A DNA stretch of 61,555 bases from Patescibacteria group bacterium (lineage in GTDB: Bacteria > Patescibacteriota > Saccharimonadia > Saccharimonadales > EFPC-124). The notes below the pieces were generated by a model. The model had not been told where the DNA came from. It did not search any database and was given only the letters and a program-made list of their open reading frames with translations. The position numbers and the translations under genes are program-made. Numbering within the stretch: position 1 is the stretch's first letter; the number at the start of each line of letters is the position of its first letter. This document shows, piece by piece, positions 56,671 to 61,555 of the stretch. The stretch spans positions 1 to 61,555 of the forward strand of contig DATMOD010000029.1 of the NCBI GenBank assembly GCA_035568355.1, in the 5' to 3' direction.

Positions 56671-56938
56671 ATCGTTGCTCCTAGCTAACTAATTAACCGA
56701 AGCAAAACCTTTTGATTTCTTGATGACTACAGTCTTGGTTGCGCCTAAATTCGCGCCGCTACCCAAGTTTGCGCCACTTCCGTTTAAAGTTGTCATAATA
56801 CTCTACCCCCGTTAGTGATAATACCTAGTATAGGTGGGGGCATTTCTACCGTCAAGCCATATCGATAACATAAAAATCGCCCTTTTAACTAATAATTAAA
56901 ATGCGAAACCTCACTACGTCATCTGTTATGATTTAAGA

Positions 56939-57937
56939 ATGTCGTCCCTTTTTGCTTGGCCAATCATCCTTACTATTCTAGTCTCCGTCATTGCCTGGCG
57001 TGTGGCCGGCGTGCAAGCCTTTATGCTTACGGCCATATTAATTATATTCGAGATATCACTGTCGTTCGATAACGCTATTGTCAATGCCACGGTTTTGGTC
57101 AAGATGAATCAGTTTTGGCAAAAGATGTTTTTGTCGATTGGCATTGTAATCGCTGTTTTTGGTGTCAGATTAGTGTTACCTGTACTTATTGTCAGCTTAA
57201 CCACTCAGCTTGGAATCAATAAAGTCGTGGATATTGCTCTCAACCACCCAGATCGATACTCAACCTTACTACAGACCACTCATCCAGCCGTTGCCGCTTT
57301 TGGTGGTGCATTTTTGTTGATGATCTTCTTGACGTTTGCGTTCCAAGATAAAGAAGTGATGTGGCTCCGCCCATTAGAGAAGTTATTGACTAAAGCCGGC
57401 AAGCTTGACCAGTTGCCCACTTTTACAACCTTACTAGTTTTATTAGGTGTATCGCAAACCCTATCCGATCAACACAAAACGACCGTCATGATCGCTGGCA
57501 TATTAGGGCTGGCCACTTTTTTAGCGATTAACATTTTTAACCACCTGCTCACAAAAAACCAAGCCAGCAACCATCGCAGTTCAAATCTATCTTTATTTAT
57601 ATATCTTGAGCTAATAGACTTGTCTTTTTCTTTAGATGGTGTAATCGGCGCCTTCGCCATTAGTAATAATATTTTTATTATTGCCACAGGCCTTGGTGTA
57701 GGCGCCATCTGGATAAGATCCCTCACCCTGCATTTAGTAAGACAAAAAGCTCTTCAAAAGTATATTTATATAGAGCATGGCGCTCACTATGCAATAGGCG
57801 CATTGGCAATATTATTGCTCATGTCTATTGAGCACAGTCTGCCCGAAATAATAACTGGCTTAGTAGGTATCAGTTTTATAGCAGCAGCCTTTATATCTTC
57901 GCTATTACATAACAAACGATCACCAGCACTGGAGTAG
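56939..57937 (+). CDS. DUF475 / TerC-like integral membrane protein
   Basis: It has the EISLSFDNAIVNA motif and is polytopic. Confidence 0.7.
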   Translation: MSSLFAWPIILTILVSVIAWRVAGVQAFMLTAILIIFEISLSFDNAIVNATVLVKMNQFWQKMFLSIGIVIAVFGVRLVLPVLIVSLTTQLGINKVVDIALNHPDRYSTLLQTTHPAVAAFGGAFLLMIFLTFAFQDKEVMWLRPLEKLLTKAGKLDQLPTFTTLLVLLGVSQTLSDQHKTTVMIAGILGLATFLAINIFNHLLTKNQASNHRSSNLSLFIYLELIDLSFSLDGVIGAFAISNNIFIIATGLGVGAIWIRSLTLHLVRQKALQKYIYIEHGAHYAIGALAILLLMSIEHSLPEIITGLVGISFIAAAFISSLLHNKRSPALE

Positions 57938-58136
57938 GCCTGACCCACATGCACTTTTTCAGAACACGAGCTGTCTACCACTGATCTAATTAATTCCAAG
58001 GAGTCACCCTGGAAGTAAAACTCCAGGGTGACTCCTTGGAATTCTGGGAGGGAGTAAGCTGTCTACCACAAAATATAATGCATAAGACTTATTGTTTCGT
58101 TAAGAGAGGTTTTGTAAAAGTGAGTGTGGGTCAGGC
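57938..58136 (+). mobile_element. MITE-like element, family 1, copy D, carrying a nested 76-bp insertion at 57981-58056
   Basis: The ends are GCCTGACCCACATGCACTTTTTCAGAAC and GGTTTTGTAAAAGTGAGTGTGGGTCAGGC. AGCTGTCTACCA is duplicated at 57969-57980 and 58057-58068. Confidence 0.85.
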
Positions 58137-58202
58137 AGTAGGTTGAGCGCAACCATCAAATTTTGACAAATCACCCAAGAACAGATACAATTTGTCTCAG
58201 TT

Positions 58203-58532
58203 ATGAAAAAAGATCTACACCCATCAGATTATCGCACTGTCGTCTTCCAGGATACGACCGCCGATTTTAGATTGCTAACCAAGTCTACCGCCACCACTAA
58301 AAAAACAATTAAGTGGGAAGATGGCAACGAATATCCTCTGATTGACGTTCATGTTTCTAGTGCCTCACACCCCTTTTATACCGGTAAAGAAAAGTTATTA
58401 GACATCGCTGGCCGAGTCGATAAATTTGCTGCTCGTACTAAAGCCGCTAAAGAACTCCGCTCTGCTCTAGCCAACAAAGCTAAAAAAACTGCTGCCCAAG
58501 CTGCTAAAAAATCTGCAGATAAAACTGACTAA
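58203..58532 (+). CDS. rpmE: 50S ribosomal protein L31, type B (no CxxC zinc motif), with a Lys/Ala-rich tail
   Basis: The sequence contains MKKDLHP and [11 protein letters not shown]. Confidence 0.9.
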   Translation: MKKDLHPSDYRTVVFQDTTADFRLLTKSTATTKKTIKWEDGNEYPLIDVHVSSASHPFYTGKEKLLDIAGRVDKFAARTKAAKELRSALANKAKKTAAQAAKKSADKTD

Positions 58533-58554
58533 AGATTGCAGGCTCTAGAGTCTT

Positions 58555-59622
<1,068 letters not shown>

Positions 59623-60126
59623 TTGGTTGGCCCTGGCAGAAAAGCAATTAGCTGAAGCCAGTATCGAAACTAGCAGATTAGATGCTCTAGTCTTACTAAG
59701 TGACGAGCTAGATCATGACAAAGCTTGGCTCTTAGCTCATCCTGAACACAAATTAACTACAGCACAACAGATACGACTAAACAAAAATCTATCCAAACGA
59801 CAGCTACACATGCCCCTCGCCTACATTCGAGAACGCAAAGAATTTTACGGAAGAGAGTTTTTAACAACGAATAAAGTTCTTATACCCCGGCCAGAAACCG
59901 AGACTTTAATAACCAAGTTTTTAGAATTGCCTGCCCAACCAGCTGACAAGTTAATTGACGTAGGCACAGGCTCGGGCGCGATTGCAATAACTGCTAAATT
60001 GGAGCGACCCGAGCTTGATATTTACGCCACAGACATTAGCCAAGCAGCTCTAGTTGTAGCTACTAAAAACGCTAAGCATCTGCAAGCAGACATCGTATTT
60101 CAGCAGAACGACCTTCTCTCTACTCC

Positions 60127-60209
60127 CCGTCATTCCCAACTTGATTGGGAATCCAGTAAGAAAAGGAATTCATTATTGACTGGATACCCGATCAAGCCGG
60201 GTATGACGG
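60127..60209. repeat. Family 2 palindromic unit (copy 9) inside the prmC coding sequence
   Basis: CCGTCATTCCCAACTTGATTGGGAATCCAG...CTGGATACCCGATCAAGCCGGGTATGACGG aligns along its length with copy 5 (41622-41715). Confidence 0.8.
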
Positions 60210-60509
60210 AGGCCAACTATAAATTTGATATGACCAATAGCCATTTCAAATTTATAGTCGCCAACCTACCCTACGTGTCTAAGGACTGGGAGGTATCACC
60301 AGAGATAGCTTTCGAGCCCAGTAGCGCAGTATTTGCAGATCAAGACGGTTTAGCTCTGATCAAAAAATTAATAGTCCAAGCTAAAAACCATCTTTTGCCT
60401 GACGGTTATCTATTACTTGAATCCGACCTTAGACAACACCCAGCAATCACCCACTATGCCAAAACCCATGGTTACACACTGCATAGTCATCAGGATCTTA
60501 TTTTAGTTT

Positions 60510-61555
60510 TCACTGCGCCATAGGTGGCGTAGCTGGGCTAGTAGGCGTCGGATAAGCCTCTAAGGTCACTGTCACTACAGACTCTTTACCATCACGCTGA
60601 ATAGTCAGTTTTATTTTATCGCCTGCCCCAAAGCCAGATATAATACTGGCTAAGCTCCTCTGCTGAGTCACATCGATATCATTAACCTTAAGTATTATGT
60701 CGTGCTCACGCAGGCCGGCTTTATCCGCCGGGCTACCAGGCAAAACAGCAGGCTGGCTGGGGCCACCAGATATATAGGCCCCGTGATCAACGCTTACATT
60801 AATTGAACTAGCAGCCTCAGGGGTTAGGCTAACATAGCGCGCGCCAAGATACGGTTTAACAATCTTGCCAGTCTTGCGGACAGTATCTACTAAACGCTTG
60901 GCGTCATTAATCGGAATTGCAAAGCCAATCGTCTGAGCCGACTCAGCCGTAGCAACATTTATACCTATAACTTTACCGTCAAGCGTTACAAGCGGCCCAC
61001 CAGAATTCCCAGGGTTGATAGCTGCGTCTGTCTGCAAAAGATTCTCTAATTTTTCGGAGCTACCAGTACTACCATCAGTGGCTTGCAGCGGACGGCCGAT
61101 ACCAGAGATAATACCGGCTGTTATACTATTCCGAAACTGCCCTAACGCATTACCTATGGCAGCCACCCGTTGCCCAGGCTGCACTAAACTAGAGTCCCCA
61201 AGCTCAGCAACTGCCATACTATTCACACCTGCGATTTTAAGAAAGGCTATATCGTTTAGCGGGTCACGGCCCACAACAGTAACATCGTTGTACTGCTTGC
61301 CGTCAGCCATCATCACACTCACTTTGGTAATTCCTTCTGGTACCACATGCTTGTTAGTCAGTACATAGCCATCACTAGAGATAATCAAGCCACTACCCGC
61401 CCCTTTTTGCACAGAAGTTGTACCAAAAAAATTAACCGGAGATACCGACTCCGTGATAACCGAAACAGTAGCCGGACTAACCTTTTTGAATACGTTAGCC
61501 ATAGCTTCGCCTTCTTGCAATACAATCTTTTCACGATTTTGAGTTATAGTTCTAG
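60510..61555 (-). CDS. HtrA/DegP-family serine protease with a PDZ domain; the 5' end probably lies beyond the window
   Basis: It has a trypsin-like GNSGGPLV motif and a PDZ domain. The frame stays open upstream of the TTG at 61520 to the window edge. Confidence 0.85.
   Translation of the reverse strand, partial: RTITQNREKIVLQEGEAMANVFKKVSPATVSVITESVSPVNFFGTTSVQKGAGSGLIISSDGYVLTNKHVVPEGITKVSVMMADGKQYNDVTVVGRDPLNDIAFLKIAGVNSMAVAELGDSSLVQPGQRVAAIGNALGQFRNSITAGIISGIGRPLQATDGSTGSSEKLENLLQTDAAINPGNSGGPLVTLDGKVIGINVATAESAQTIGFAIPINDAKRLVDTVRKTGKIVKPYLGARYVSLTPEAASSINVSVDHGAYISGGPSQPAVLPGSPADKAGLREHDIILKVNDIDVTQQRSLASIISGFGAGDKIKLTIQRDGKESVVTVTLEAYPTPTSPATPPMAQ

Overview
Almost the whole window is small housekeeping genes, mostly on the minus strand. 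They include rsmH/mraZ, four aminoacyl-tRNA synthetases (Gly, Ser, Lys, Pro), secA, prfA, prfB, prmC, rpsB-tsf-frr, rpmA, rpmE, greA, recO, xseAB, murD and ftsEX. There are also three type II toxin-antitoxin pairs, several very large secreted or surface proteins, and no biosynthetic operons. By inference this fits a reduced-genome CPR/Patescibacteria organism resembling Saccharibacteria that uses the standard genetic code: RF2 is present and UGA is used as a stop. I found no rRNA, tRNA or CRISPR array. The signals worth a second look are as follows. (1) A modular superfamily of MITE-like palindromic elements has at least 9 copies. One copy carries a nested insertion with a 12-bp target duplication. 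Two near-identical inverted copies bracket a 4.7-kb surface-protein cassette. One copy sits in-frame inside prmC. (2) Two GC-rich, hairpin-dense non-coding islands (about 2285-2568 and 22525-22850) look like structured RNA genes or foreign DNA, and I could not assign them to a known RNA family by eye. (3) A translationally coupled phosphoribosyltransferase plus SLOG/LOG-like gene pair lies beside a tandemly duplicated Cys-rich mini-protein. (4) A 1209-aa secreted protein carries a galactose-oxidase-like copper-radical-oxidase core flanked by two diverged copies of a roughly 210-aa domain. (5) An island flanked by MITE copies carries actinobacterial-type genes. All functional calls come from reading the supplied translations for motifs; no database search was run.
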